Shown piece after piece: positions 1 to 12,148 of a stretch of 64,000 nt of DNA; position 1 is the first letter of the stretch, and each line of letters opens with the position of its first letter. The DNA comes from Eledone cirrhosa (lineage: Eukaryota): assembly GCA_964016885.1 (NCBI GenBank), contig OZ024740.1:248682001-248746000 (forward strand), given 5' to 3'. The notes below the pieces were generated by a model. The model was not told the DNA's origin. It was given only the letters and a program-made list of their open reading frames with translations, and did no database searches. The translations under genes and the position numbers were made by a program.

Positions 1-130
1 AAGGTCCCACCTTCCCATGGGCGCAGGCTGAATCTGAAGCATGCATATATATATAGTATGCACCACCCCCACTCCACCCTCCCAACATCTCTCACGAGAA
101 CAGGCTATAGCATACATCTAGTGAAGCCTC

Positions 131-431
131 CAGCCCACACTGTAAAGAGGTCGTGATGGTTACATGACAAAAAGCGCCCAGCCCACACTGTAAAGTGGTC
201 GAGATGGTGACACGGCAAACAGCACCCAGCCCACACTGTAAAATGGTCGTGTATGAGTCACGACAAAAGGCACACACTGTAAATGTAGTTGGTATTAGGA
301 AAGGCATCCAGCCGTAGAAACTAAGCCAGAACCAGTTCTGTGTGAGCAGGACACGGTCATCTGACCCAACTAACCTTAAACGAGACAACTCGTCTAACCC
401 ATGCCAGCGTGAAAAAATGGACGTTAAACGT

Positions 432-480
<49 letters not shown>
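131..480 (+). mobile_element. SINE 3' portion with internal ~48-bp tandem repeats and RTE-like 3' end with (GAT)n tail
   Basis: Three ~48-bp units (CAGCCCACACTGTAAA...) at 131-280, then AAGGCATCCAGCCGTAGAAAC...CATGCCAGCGTGAAAAAATGGACGTTAAACG and (GAT)n; a related 3' end recurs at ~14810-14930. Confidence 0.6.
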
Positions 481-1211
481 ATATATATAAAAGAAGATAG
501 GGTCTTTTCACTTTTCGTTGGTAAAATCAAATTTGTGGAGTGATTCTACAACTATTAATGAAGAAGCAGCTTACCAAATATTTTTCTCAACATGTATAAT
601 TGAGTCCTGTGATATAATATTCCAGGTGTTAATCAACAAGTATTTTACTGGTTCCAAAAATTCACAAAGTACGTATAAATCAATTTTAGGAAAAACAGAT
701 AAGGCATGAGTAGAAAAACGTATTTAATTACACATTCTAACACGTGTTTCACCATCAAGTTGCGTCACAAGGTCTATGAGAGCTGTTTAGAGATATTAAT
801 GGCTCCAATCACTCACTTGTATAACATCATTACTCAATGAATCCTCAGAGAATAAATGCAATAATTAGATTTTCTAGTGATATTAGTATAAAAGGAAAGA
901 AAAGGAAGAACTGTTAAGTTTACCCATGGGCTTCCAGCAATTTTGGTGCTACATAAATAAGATATGTCATTGTCTGAGAAATGGTTAATCCATAGATCTA
1001 AGGGGGTCATATAAGTGGTGATGACTGTTGTGATAAAAAATAAACAGGCCATAAATTCATTAATTCTAGTAGTGTCAGGATGACAGTTACGGATAAGATG
1101 GAAGCTGAAATGGTGGAATTGGCGTCATTCGTCTAGGTAAGAAAAACCAGCGATTTCAAAGAGATAAAAACAGAGACAACTGGAAGTAGAGTAATAGGTA
1201 CTAATCATGGG

Positions 1212-1607
1212 CTAGCTAGGATTATAATTAGAAAACGTTTTAAGGTATTTGTGCTTACAGTTGAATACCCTAGCCTGTCTAGAATTTAGTAAGTTCTTTC
1301 GTGTCAAGATTTCTAGTACTTCAATTGCACAAAGAACACATTCCTTTCTTTCGCGTCGATAGGGGTGGGCGAATAGTAGAATTGACCACGACAGTTTATA
1401 TTCTACTTTTTTCATTTGTTAATTCCCATATTTTTGTAGCCAACGTGATAGATTTTCGAAGCTACAAATTTTTAAATGACGGATATGCACATACCGTCTT
1501 TTCTTTAAAAAGTTGGATGTGGACCTCACATATCTAAATGTCCCTTGGTTTGTTATTTCGTACTGGCATGCAATGTTGTTACTCATGCATTTTCCCGATA
1601 TCAGCAA
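1212..1607 (-). pseudogene. Penelope-like element GIY-YIG endonuclease region, degraded
   Basis: Frameshifted ORFs 1419-1607 and 1212-1415 give YEITN..YVRSTSNFLKKR and WSIL..AHPY...CVLCAIE..IL...LLNSR...CKHK, matching the PLE GIY-YIG C-terminal pattern. Confidence 0.75.
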
Positions 1608-1689
1608 CTATCAGGTTTTCTACAGTTACAATGTACATGTCGATTAAAATCTGTATTTGTTCTGTCGTTTAGGATAAATGCATTGGTAG

Positions 1690-1856
1690 GACGGCGGTGG
1701 ATTGGCAGTATCGGTAGAGGGTCGGACGCCATGCTTTGACGCATAGAGTTACGGCCCTTGCCATTTTGAGTTCAAATCCCGCCGAGGTTAACTTTGCCTT
1801 TCATCCTTACGGGGTCGATAAAATAAAGTACGAGTAATACACTGGGTAATTGCTGG
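1690..1856 (+). mobile_element. tRNA-derived SINE
   Basis: A-box-like TGGCAGTATCGG, B-box GAGTTCAAATCC, core GCCTTTCATCCTTACGGGGTCGATAAAATAAAGTAC; paralogues at 11860, 33781 and 54020. Confidence 0.85.
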
Positions 1857-2002
1857 GTTGAAATGAAGATGAACACGAGGTCGAATTATTGCTTCGAATT
1901 GAGGTTTGATTACTGTTATTGTGTTATCGGAGGCGCTTATTATTTAGTCATGCTGTGTATCGTTGTAGTTGTGTATGATAGTCTGACTGCTTTCCTGTTT
2001 AA

Positions 2003-2218
2003 CACTTTAGCATTTAACCGGTCATATCCGGCCAGAATTCTCTCACTCATTCTGTTCAAACCGGCCATAACCGGTTGCTCATACTGACATTAAGGTATTG
2101 TACTCAAAATAAATAATATCATCAAAATCTCATATGTTCAATATTATGTGAGATAATTATGTGAGATAAAGCCTTTACTATGAAAATATTATAGTAGGGT
2201 AATGTAAATACTAAAGGG
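2003..2218. mobile_element. piggyBac-type MITE
   Basis: TTAA at 1999-2002 and 2219-2222 flank 14-bp TIRs CACTTTAGCATTTA / TAAATACTAAAGGG (12/14 match). Confidence 0.75.
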
Positions 2219-2260
2219 TTAACATTTCGTGGTACCTCTGTAATAGCAGAACATTCTTAT

Positions 2261-2880
2261 CTAGTATTTTGAATAATATATAGGGTAATTTAGTCTTAAG
2301 TTATTGTGTGGAGGATTATACCATAGGTATGATCTGCTTCGGGATCGTTCAGGTATTTTACCAGCCAGAGATTTTTTTCGAGATTCATCCGTTGTTTCAA
2401 CCGGTATATTTTCCGGATTGTAGGTCATGGGATTAATGTTTCTACCCAATTTACGATGGTGTATTTGCCCTTGTTCCGAGGCGTTTCGGAAATTGGTAAT
2501 GATGTTGAACATCATTAATAAGAGGAATAAATTATTTTCCTTCCTCATAACCAACTTTCCGTAGATTATTATGATGCGGAGGCATTGTAATAATCGGCAT
2601 TTGCGTCGAATGTATCTATGGAGATAGAAAGTCTGGAGATCCTAAGTGATTCACTCTTGGTGATGGATTTAGGGTGATTGGAGTATCGGGTAATATATGT
2701 TAGATTTTCGTTAATTTTATGGTATGGTTTAAACAGAAATTAGCTAATCTTATTTTCAGACCAATACATTTGAAGAAGGATCTTATAGCCTTTCGTCTTC
2801 TTTCTATCTAACTTTTGAGCATTAAAATTATTAACTACTAAAAGAGCATGATCTCTATAAAGTCCTCCTTGGAAGTCAAC
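2261..2880 (-). pseudogene. Penelope-like element RT thumb and linker region, degraded
   Basis: Minus-strand translation gives FKPYHKINENLTYITRYSNHPKSI..RISRLS and RSRSYLWYNPP, typical PLE motifs. Confidence 0.7.
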
Positions 2881-2933
2881 AAATTCAGTAAGGGGGGTTA
2901 TGCAGTAGGTAAACTCCAACTAAGTCTGCAACC

Positions 2934-3234
2934 TGTGTGGAGTCACTAGACCCTTTAGTGAATTGGTCACAGGGTTATTTACTTTGGTTAAACGCCACTG
3001 CAGGCCAGCCACTAATTTGATTCAATACAGATATAATAAGGTTAACAAACTCGCTCGTGAGTGAACTGTCCGAGAGCCGGTCGCCAAATAAGCCAAGATG
3101 TCTCTTTTCTTCCCTCCTTTATAATCCCTAGACCGGAAGTTCAAGGAATCTTCTAGAATTCAACGGGAAGTAACTCCAATTAGTTTTTTCTCCCCGGGCA
3201 AGGTGGCGCTAGTCGCTACAAGGCTCCCCTCCAG
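2934..3234 (-). mobile_element. Gypsy 3' LTR with upstream polypurine tract
   Basis: On minus, CTGGAGGGGAGCCT (3234-3221) directly precedes TGTAGCG at 3220; TATAAA near 3120; left boundary uncertain. Confidence 0.6.
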
Positions 3235-3508
3235 ACGATAGTTTATAATAACCGTAAGGTCATTGTAGCGAGGAGACGTAGAATAAGGAGCAAGCAAAAC
3301 AAAAGGTACATAAACTACAATGGTTTGCAACAGAAGCAAGATATGAAAATAAACATGCAGAAAAATGTAACTGGAACAATACAATTCAAAACAGTACAAG
3401 GGAGCAAGGAAAATAGTGCTCAAAATAAGTTCAAAATTTTTCAAAGTCAAATAGTTAATGCTACTAGGGGTTAGATATATATTGTTTTTTAGAGTTTCCG
3501 TGGCCATA

Positions 3509-4426
3509 TTACTGTCCTGCCACTTCGCGTGACATATGGTTGTGTGGTATGTGGTGTTTGCGGTGGAGGTGAAGGTGTTTGTGTGGGAGTGTATGTGCGA
3601 GGTATGTCAGGCAATGATGTGAGACTTTCAGAGAAAGCCTTCTTTGCTCTGTCAACGGATTTACCTCTTTTCGACCATTGACAGCCACTGTAAAGTGTTT
3701 TGGTGTGTGCGAAAGCACACGAAAAGGTCCATTATAAGGTGACGTAAGAGGTCCCGTGACGGAATCATTCCGTATGAAAATGTGTGTCCACGTAGAGATG
3801 TCCGATGGGACAGCAGAAGAAATAGATTGGTCACGAGGGTTCATTGGTGGAAGATCCGAGAAATACGAACGAATCCTGGTGACATATGATGCTGGGTCAA
3901 GATGTGAGGAATCCACTGGTGCTAACATTTGTCCAGGAAGAGACAATGTGGAACCATAAAGAAGTTCAGCAGAAGAAAAACCTAAATCTGTCTTAATGGC
4001 AGAACGACAACCAAGAAGCACGATTGGCAAACATTCGGTCCAACGTTGCGGATCAGGAGTAGCGCGAAGTGCAGCTTTCAACTGTCTATGAAACTTCTCG
4101 ACCATTCCATTGGAGGCTGGATGATAGCTGGTCGTATGAATGTGATGAGCACCCAAGAGTCGAGATATTTCACGAAATAAGGAAGCTTCAAATTGGCGTC
4201 CACGATCCGTAGTTATTTTAGTAGGAACACCGAAACGAGCAATCCAATTGGAAATGAACGCTCGGGTAACGGACTCTGCTGTTATGTCCACGAGAGGTAT
4301 GGCTTCAGGCCACCGAGAGAAACGATCGATACAAGTCAATATGTATGTGAACCCACGACTAACGGGCCATGGACCAACAATATCCATGTGAATATGACGG
4401 AAACGTGCGTCTGGCGGGCTGAACAT
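3509..4426 (-). pseudogene. Ty3/Gypsy integrase core, N-truncated
   Basis: HIHMDIVGP, IDRFSRWPEAIP, TTDRGRQF, YHPASNGMVEKFHRQLK (DDE core) and a C-terminal PYNGPF (GPY/F) motif. Confidence 0.92.
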
Positions 4427-4494
4427 ATAATTTCTACCGACGTTTGAACATATAATTTCTACCGACGTTTGAACAAATAATTTCTACCGACGTT
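4420..4494 (+). repeat. 25-bp tandem repeat x3 upstream of Gypsy gag
   Basis: TGAACATATAATTTCTACCGACGTT at 4420, 4445 and 4470 (one mismatch). Confidence 0.95.
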
Positions 4495-4532
4495 TTGAAA
4501 AAGAAAATCATCTCTCTCGACCAAATTTCATC

Positions 4533-5281
4533 ATGAGCAACACATCGTTACCAGCGTATTCTGGCGATGCCAAATTGTGGTTCGCCCAGCTGGATGCGTA
4601 TTTTGCGGTCAACGGGGTACAGGAAAAACAGGAAAAATTAAACCTGCTAATCAGCGGAATTCCAGCTTCACTAGCGATTACAGTAAAAGACATAATCACG
4701 AACCCTCCCCGAGACGTTTCCTACGAGTCTCTGAAAACAGTGGTACTGCGTACGAACTGTAGGTCGCCTGAGAGTAAATTTCGTTCCTTATTAGAGGATG
4801 AAAATCTGGGGGACAGAACTCCTACAGAGTTTTTACGGCGTATCCGTGAACTCAGTCATGCTGCGCCCGAAGACAGTTCCTTCGTAAAAAGTTATGCTTC
4901 TCCCGTTTGCCAACTAATGTGCAAACCATATTAGCGAATACGGTTGACACCAGTTCGATAGAACAAATTGCTGCCTCTGCAGACAGAATTATGGAATTTT
5001 CTAGAGAACCTACCTCGGCTGATTCGGTCATTGCCTCTTCTGCTTTCAAAACCCAGCCTGCTTCACCTCGTGAGGACTCAATGTTGAGAGCCATTGACGC
5101 GCTAACTAGGCAAGTAGCTAAACTATGTAGGGATCAAACGCCATCTAGACGGCGTCAGTTTTTTTTCCTTTCACCGTTGCGCCAACCTCCCCGCCAACAA
5201 CTCGTCTTTGTGTTGGTATCACATGCGTGAAAAGGCGAAACATTATATTCAGCCCTGCTCTTTCGAGACCTCGGAAAACTA
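4533..5281 (+). pseudogene. Gypsy gag, frameshifted
   Basis: LPAYSGDAKLWFAQLDAYF, LGDRTPTEFLRRIREL, LPTNVQTILA and a CWYH-type knuckle remnant near 5210. Confidence 0.85.
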
Positions 5282-5336
5282 AAATTGGAGAGTCTGGGCA
5301 CGGCAGATCTCTCCTTCATTAATTCACCTTATCGTG

Positions 5337-6132
5337 CTTTTTTCATCAGAGACCGAGTTTCAAACAAATCATTCATGGTCGACACAGGATCAAGTTGCAG
5401 TATTTGGCCCTAACGGTTCAACTCTACCAAGCCAACTTTTTCCGGCATTTCTTTGTATGCAGTAAACCAGTCTCCTATAAAAACTTATGGACAGATATCT
5501 TTAACATTGGACCTAGCTTTAAGTCGAGATTTCAAATAGATTTTTGTCATTGCCGACCTACCTCATCCTATTCTAGGTGCGGATTTCTTACAGCACTTTT
5601 CACTTTTGGTAGATGTCAGGAACCAGAAACTTGTGGATAGTACCACATCCTTATCTACGCCTACTCGTAAATCTACCACTACTGCTGTCAGTTCGTCATT
5701 TTTTGTGGCTGCCGCTAGAAACCAGTTTCATGCACTCCTTACTTGGTTTCCCGAGTTAACGTATATTTCATTTAAACCTACTCAGGCAGCCCACTCGACT
5801 CAACACTTCGTTACAACAACTGGTCCACCTGTTTTCTCTCGTCCATGAAGGTTGGCTCCGGATAGACTAAAAAAGAGCACGAAACGAGTTCGAGCATATG
5901 CTCCAGCTCGGTCTTATACGACCATCCACCAGCCCATGGGCATCACCGCTTCACTTGGGTTGTAAGAGTGAAGCGGATTTTAGGCCTGTGGGAGATTATC
6001 GACGACTTAATGCCATCAACACGCCGGACCGTTATCCTCTACAAAATTTACAGGATTTTTCATCCGTTCTGCATGGATGCAAGATATTTTCCAAAATACA
6101 TCTAATACGTGCATACTACCAGATACCCATGA
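5337..6132 (+). pseudogene. Gypsy protease and N-terminal RT, disrupted and truncated by an L1 insertion
   Basis: VDTGS protease motif, PILGADFL, IRPSTSPWASPLH, DYRRLNA, PDRYPL, FSKI.LIRAYYQIPM; stops and frameshifts. Confidence 0.88.
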
Positions 6133-9100
6133 AGTTGGAATTCCGCAAGGCAAATGCAAGGGCCTTGTTGAGAAGAATAGGTGAAATAGATGAACAAGAG
6201 TCGTCAAAGTCAAACTGTATAAACTTAGGCGCTTTTTTATCTCCTATCTTATTCAATGGGACTAGCATTGAAGTTCTGGTGCAAATGAGCCCAGAGCGAA
6301 TAGCTATGATCCCACAGCGTGTACTCCTGGACGGACTCACCTACATAAACCTTTCGGTTGAGGGTAGGCGGCCTTCATGTTACCATTGCTTTAGCAGGGG
6401 TCACCTGAGGGCTTCCTGTTCTAAACTAATGAACCAAAAAAAGGCTCTTCTGCCGACACCCATCAAAACAACACAACCACCAACACCACCACAACAACAA
6501 CAACACCAACACACAAAAATAACCACAACAAACACAGTCCCACCCAACCCCACTCCACCTAAAACCACTGCAAAATCACATACAGATACAACAGCTCCCC
6601 AAGACATACCCCTCCCCAATCACACAGACGATACAACAGATGAGGCTATCTCGCCATCACCCAGTGAAGACGAGGGAGAACCCCATCGCTCGAAAAGAAA
6701 GAAAAGATATCACAAAAGCAAAAAACCAGCAAACACTACCACAAACATACAACCACCAACACAAACAACAAAAATATCACAAACAAAACCCCCACCTCCT
6801 GAAAACAAAATACCTACAACAAAACGAAAGCACACACAAGAACTACAAACAAAAACAAACACAACACAAGAAAATTACACTTACACTTACATAAACACTG
6901 AAAACAAAACACTAATGGAGACCATCACGAACGACCCTTCGGTGAAAACCGAAGGGAAAACTTTCGCCTAAAAATAGTTTGAGAAGGATGTGGGTAATTC
7001 CTGCGTGAAACCACTCAACCGCGTCCTTCTCAAATGCCTCCCCACCCAGACACCCCCATCCCACCAGACCCCACCCCACCAAACATCTGCGTCCCCACCC
7101 CGCCGGAAACCACCACCCATCCAGACAACCCCTCCAACACCCCCATGGAAATCGTGCGGCCTGGTCCCCAGGAGGCGAAGGGTGAGTGATCTCTTTTCCT
7201 CTTTTAACATTTCAACATGGCCAATATAAGAGTTGGATGTGTGAACGTACGCGGCCTGGGGATGCCCTGGAACCAGGGCAAACTCTTAAACGACCTCAGG
7301 TCGCACAGTATGGATGTGGTAGCCATTTGCGAGTCCAGGATCCACGGCGAGCGACAGCTGGCCCCCATCTTCGATGACTTTGAGATCTACGCATCTCTCT
7401 GTCAACCGGGGGGGTGGGGGCGGAGTTGCCGTTTTGCTGCGGAAACACCTGGGCCTCGTAACACAGACGGTACATCTGGACCCGGAGGGTCGACTGGTGG
7501 TCCTAGACGTTGACGGTAGTGAAGGTGGAGCCTTCAGGCTGGTGGCCGCATATGCCCCATCCGGGACACCGCGGCCAGACTTCTTCAAACGTCTAGAGAC
7601 TTTTCTGGGAACGTCCCGCTCCTTGCTTTTAGTGGGGGACTGGAATGGAATCCTAGATGCACGTTGGGACTATGTGGGAGCATGTCCCGATAAAGGGGGG
7701 GGGGGGGGGGTAACAGCCTCAAACAGTTAATCGACCGATTTGACCTGGCCGATAGATATCGACTAGATTTTCCGACTGCGCCACTGTGGACGTGGAGTAA
7801 TCGTAGCGGAACATCTAGATCGTACCTAGATAGGGTTCTAGTTAGAAATAAGGATAGGGACATGTTAAGCTGTCCACAAATGTTCATGGTTGCCTATTCA
7901 GATCACAAACTAGTGACCTGCATGGCCAACCTTGATAGAACCCATAGACAAGGACCCGGCTACTGGAATCTGAACTTGTCGTTACCGACAAGCAAAGCCT
8001 ACAGTAGACGGATTAGCACTTTAGTTAAACAGCACTTGACAGGGGCCATTGTCAACAACAGATGGTGGTACTCTCTCAAGAGGGCAGTTAGATTAGACTC
8101 GATAGTTTTTAGTAAAGAATTAGCGTTAGATAGAAATAGAACCGAGAAGGAACTGGTAGATAAAGTAGAAGAGGCAATTAGAAGTGGCAACGTAGCCAGC
8201 GTGCTAGCAACGAGAACGGCCTTGGACCAGTTCTTCGACGCAAAGCACGAGGGCTGCGTTGTCAGAAGCAAAATACGTGCTCTGGGAAACGAGGGAGCCA
8301 AAGCTGTTAGCTGGGCCCGAGTGACGGAGGCAAAAAGTGGCAACAAGTCCACGATTCGGTCTTTGAAGGACCAAAACGGACGCGTGATACGTGAGCCGAA
8401 GCAGATGTGTGCGGCTTTTCAGCGGCACTTTGCTCGGCTGTTCGGGGGGAGCGGCGCGCCGGGAGAGGCTATGGATTTCGGTCCATACCTCGACGGCCTA
8501 CCGCGACTCTCGGACAGCGAGGCAAAGTTCTGCGAAAAGCCGATATCAGCCACTGAGATAGGGGACGCGCTGAGCCAATGCGGCAAACGCAAATCTCCAG
8601 GTCTCGACGGTCTACCCTACGAATTTTACGTAGCAATGCCGGACTTATTCTCCGGTCTCCTGGAAGCGGTCTACTGCAACTGGCAACAGAACGGGATAAT
8701 TCCCAGTTCTGTAACCGGGGGCGTGGTCACACTAATCAGGAAGGACGAGAATAAGGGGGATGACATAGGCAACTTCCGGCCCATAACTCTGCTAAACACA
8801 GAGTTACAGATTTTGGCCAAGGTGTTGGCAAAGAGGCTGGCGCTTGTCGTCGAGAACCTGGTGGGAGAAGCGCAGACATGCGCAATCCCGACCAGGTCCA
8901 TACACGACAACCTCCACCTCATGCGATACATCATACAGAGGGTAGGGTGTAAACCCGGCTTCGGTGGGGCCCTGATCAACTTGGATCAGTCTAAGGCTTT
9001 CGATAGGGTTGACCATCGTTACCTGGATGCGGTGCTCGAGGCGGCAGGCTTCGGACCCGTGTTCAGGGGCTGGATTGCTGCAATGCACAACAGCAACATC

Positions 9101-10907
9101 TGCTCAAGGGTCAAGGTGAACGGCTACCTCTCGGAGCCGTTCCATATTACACGATCCATTCGACAGGGATGCCCTCTCTCCTCCCTTCTGTACGTACTGA
9201 CTCTCGAGCCACTACTGCAGAAGCTGGAGCTATTGCAGGGCATCCCTCTGGAACCGGGACTGCGGAAAGCGGCGTCGGCCTACGCCGACGACGTGACAGT
9301 AATGGTGTCGAGCGCCTCCCAAATCGAGGAAGTCGGCACCTTACTGAAGGAATACGAAAGTTTCACAGGAGCGAAGCTGAACCGGGACAAGTCCATCGGT
9401 TTGCAACTCGGATCGTGGAGAGGCAAACCGATGCCTTCCGATGGCGTCGTCGGACGCTGGACGGAAGGACCGGTAAAGCTGCTCGGGGTCTGGTTTGGTC
9501 CGGACCTCCAGGTGGAGAAGAACTGGAACGAAGTGACGGCCAAGGTGTTTGCACTCACCCAGAAGTGGGCCGATTGCAAACTATCCTTGAAAGGTCGAGC
9601 GGAGGTGGCGAACACTTTTATAGCGTCCGCCATCTACTACCGCTTGACCGTCGTGCCTTGTCCAGCCAAAACGCTCGCCAAAATGGAGCGCGCGCTCTTC
9701 CGATTCCTTTGGAAGAGGCGGGCTCCTTTGGTGAGAAGATCCATCTGCTGCCAACACCCTTCTAACGGAGGGCTGAGGATGCCGTGGTTGACGATGCGCA
9801 AACACGCGCTCAGGCTGCGGCATCTCTACGTATTCCTCACCGGACAACCGGTGTGGGCCCCGTTCGTGAGGCGAGCCTTCCCACGACTCGTCTCGCTGAC
9901 CGATCTGCAGTCCTGGGTCAAGCAAAGACCGAGGAAAATGGGCGACTGGCACATCGAATGTGCTCAGGCGCTCACAGCCCTCTGGCAGGCGGACCCGGAG
10001 ATCAGTGGAGACTCCACTTCGTCATTCTATAGAGGGTTGGTCCGCAGCAAGTGCGACGACGCGCTCGGTGAAACTCTAGGCGTAGAGGAAGATGAACTGG
10101 CCAGTCTGTTCGGTAGGACCTTCCGCCCGGGACCGATGGACAACTTCCAAAAGTCCCTGGCCTGGCCGTGCTACCGAGGAGCTCTACCAGTTCGAGACAA
10201 GCTCTACAGACATGGGCGCCCGGGCAGGGACCCTGCAAAAAAGATCTGTCCGAGGTGCGTGCGAGACGAAGAAACCGTCGCGCACGCATTCATACACTGC
10301 CCGGGCGTCACTGACCTGTGGGGCTATGTAGAACGACTATTGTCGCGGGTGGGACCAATCCAGTTGACCACCGAGTCCATCGTCATGATCAAACCGCCAC
10401 CCTCCTTCAAAAACGAAGGAGAGGCGGTTTTCCTTTTTGTGATAGCTATGGCGAAAGAGGTTGTATGGTGGACAAGGTTGAAAGGGCTGAGGTCAGACAC
10501 CTTTCTCTCCGGCCAACAACTGATTCTTTTTTTCAAATACCACTTTGGAAGAAGAATCAGGATGGAGAGAGAGGTGCTGTACCCCAGCAAGTTTTATGAA
10601 AGGTGGGTGAAAGTGGCGAGAATGGCCAGAGTGAATGGGCCTTCTCTCTATATCAGCCTGTAGGTTGAGGAAAAGGAGGAGGAGAGGAAAGGAGTACAAA
10701 CTCTTCGTACTCCTGGAGATGAGGGTTGCACATTTTTTTTCGGGGGTATGTGTTACCCATATAAACTGTCTCCCTCTATTGGGGAAAATCGACTAACTTT
10801 TTAAATTCCATTTGTGATAACATTTTACACGTTTTTATTGTATGTAAACTTCCCCCTTTGTATTTGTCCCCTTCTTTTGTGCCCCTGTGGCTAATAAAGA
10901 AATATAT
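6133..10907 (+). mobile_element. L1/Tx1-clade non-LTR retrotransposon (family L1-a), 5'-truncated within ORF1
   Basis: ORF1 zinc knuckle CYHCFSRGHLRASC, APE-RT ORF2, 3' UTR ending AATAAAGAAAT with no poly(A). Confidence 0.92.
7217..10663 (+). pseudogene. L1/Tx1 ORF2: APE endonuclease (frameshifted), RT and C-terminal CCHC
   Basis: NVRGL, YAP, VGDWN, YLDR, SDH; KSPGLDGLP, FRPITLLN, DQSKAFDRV, RQGCPLS, AYADD; CPRC..ETVAHAFIHC; open from 7862 to 10663. Confidence 0.92.
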
Positions 10908-10908
10908 C

Positions 10909-11420
10909 TTAGTAACCCAGTCAATAACCTCATCTGTGTTGCCCCAAAGTTTAATTGATAATCTACTTTTTATTTGAGTTAATACTCTATCTAATATATT
11001 CTTACTAATACGACTTATAACTAATTTAGATGGGCATATGAGTCTAATAGTGGGGTTGAATTCAAAGTTGTTTTTATGGTCCTTTAAATTAAAGGTTGGA
11101 TATCTTGGATCAAATGGTCCAGTTCGGTTAGCCAGGCCTAATTTATTTACTATCACTGCACCTTCGTTGTTGATATCATTAGTGGTGGTTTTTTTTTTGG
11201 TTTTTTTTTGTATTTCTTCTATAGTTCCTTAAGTATAAAATTTGTATAATTGTTAATGTCCATGGAGTAGATATTGCCAGTTTTGTCGGCATTAACGAGT
11301 ATTCCTTTAGTAATTGTAAGTCTGTTCATAATTGATTGGAGATTTTCTTGGCGATTTTTAAATTTAATGTTACTGACCATATCCACGAGAGATGGATTAT
11401 GCGGTGGATTTCTATAGGAT
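10909..11420 (-). pseudogene. Penelope-like element RT N-terminal region
   Basis: VNADKTGNIY, LKDHKNNFEFNPTIRLICPSK, ISKNILDR, WGNTDEVIDW are PLE RT N-terminal motifs. Confidence 0.8.
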
Positions 11421-11436
11421 TTAAATTGATGATGAA

Positions 11437-11467
11437 ACACACACACATACACACACGCATGTGCGCG

Positions 11468-11560
<93 letters not shown>
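11437..11560. repeat. (CA)n microsatellite with a short (CG)n run
   Basis: Direct inspection. Confidence 0.97.
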
Positions 11561-11565
<5 letters not shown>

Positions 11566-11859
11566 AGTACACAAACAGTGTGCTTTAATGATAATAAAAG
11601 ATACATTTGCTACAATAATCCATGTAATTATACATAGGAAAATAATACAATACAGACAATAACAATTACAATTCCAACTATAAAATTACAGACATGGGAG
11701 TTGCTCCCTTTGAATAACAAAAACACAAAATTATTATTACATTGCAGTTAATAAGATCTCATATAAAGAGAGAGAGAAGGATGAATCTATTGTATCATTT
11801 GTATTCATAAAATTCACTCCCTAAATCTGACTCCATGTTCCATTATTTATGTTACAGAC

Positions 11860-12043
11860 GGCGGTGGGTTGGCAGTATCGGTAGAGGGTCGGACGCCATG
11901 CTTTCCAGCATAGTTACGTCCCTTTACGATCTGAGTTCAAATCCCGCCGAGGTTGACTTTGCTTTTCATCCTTACGGGGTCGATAAAATAAAGTACCAGT
12001 AATGCACTGGGTAATTGCTGGTCTTGTGCCTAAAGTAGAAACA
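11860..12043 (+). mobile_element. tRNA-derived SINE with 18-bp target-site duplication
   Basis: Same family as 1690; ATTATTTATGTTACAGAC at 11842-11859 and 12044-12061. Confidence 0.9.
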
Positions 12044-12059
12044 ATTATTTATGTTACAG

Positions 12060-12148
12060 ACAATCAAGATTTAGATGCCAGTTGCTTAGAATACTTAAAG
12101 GTGTTTTCAGAGCTCAAGTACTTAGACCTATCAAATACTGCAATATCT
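12060..12148 (+). CDS. LRRC42: Internal exon (89 bp, phase 1 to 0) of a leucine-rich-repeat gene, LRRC42-like
   Basis: TTACAG acceptor and GTGAGT donor; encodes NQDLDASCLEYLKVFSELKYLDLSNTAIS (LxxLDLSxT LRR), colinear with recalled human LRRC42 NPEITDAGIGYLFSFRKLNCLDISGTGLK. Confidence 0.75.

Noticed and set aside
92-511. Poly-His and other low-complexity ORFs (also 11219-11662, 14858-15128, 19110-19703, 27825-28231, 59373-59766)
   Set aside because: Translations of microsatellites.
1690-1790. Possible tRNA gene
   Set aside because: A/B boxes are present but no cloverleaf; it is the head of a multi-copy SINE whose other copies have TSDs.
3264-3270. TGTAGCG as the end of a second LTR
   Set aside because: No repeat of the LTR body or PBS nearby; probably coincidental.
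4420-4494. CRISPR-like repeats (also the 48-bp units at 131-280)
   Set aside because: Contiguous tandem units with no unique spacers, no cas genes, and a eukaryotic context.
5898-6971. 357-aa ORF that looks like a novel RT/zinc-knuckle fusion
   Set aside because: Chance in-frame junction near 6133 between truncated Gypsy RT and 5'-truncated L1 ORF1; there is no RT catalytic core.
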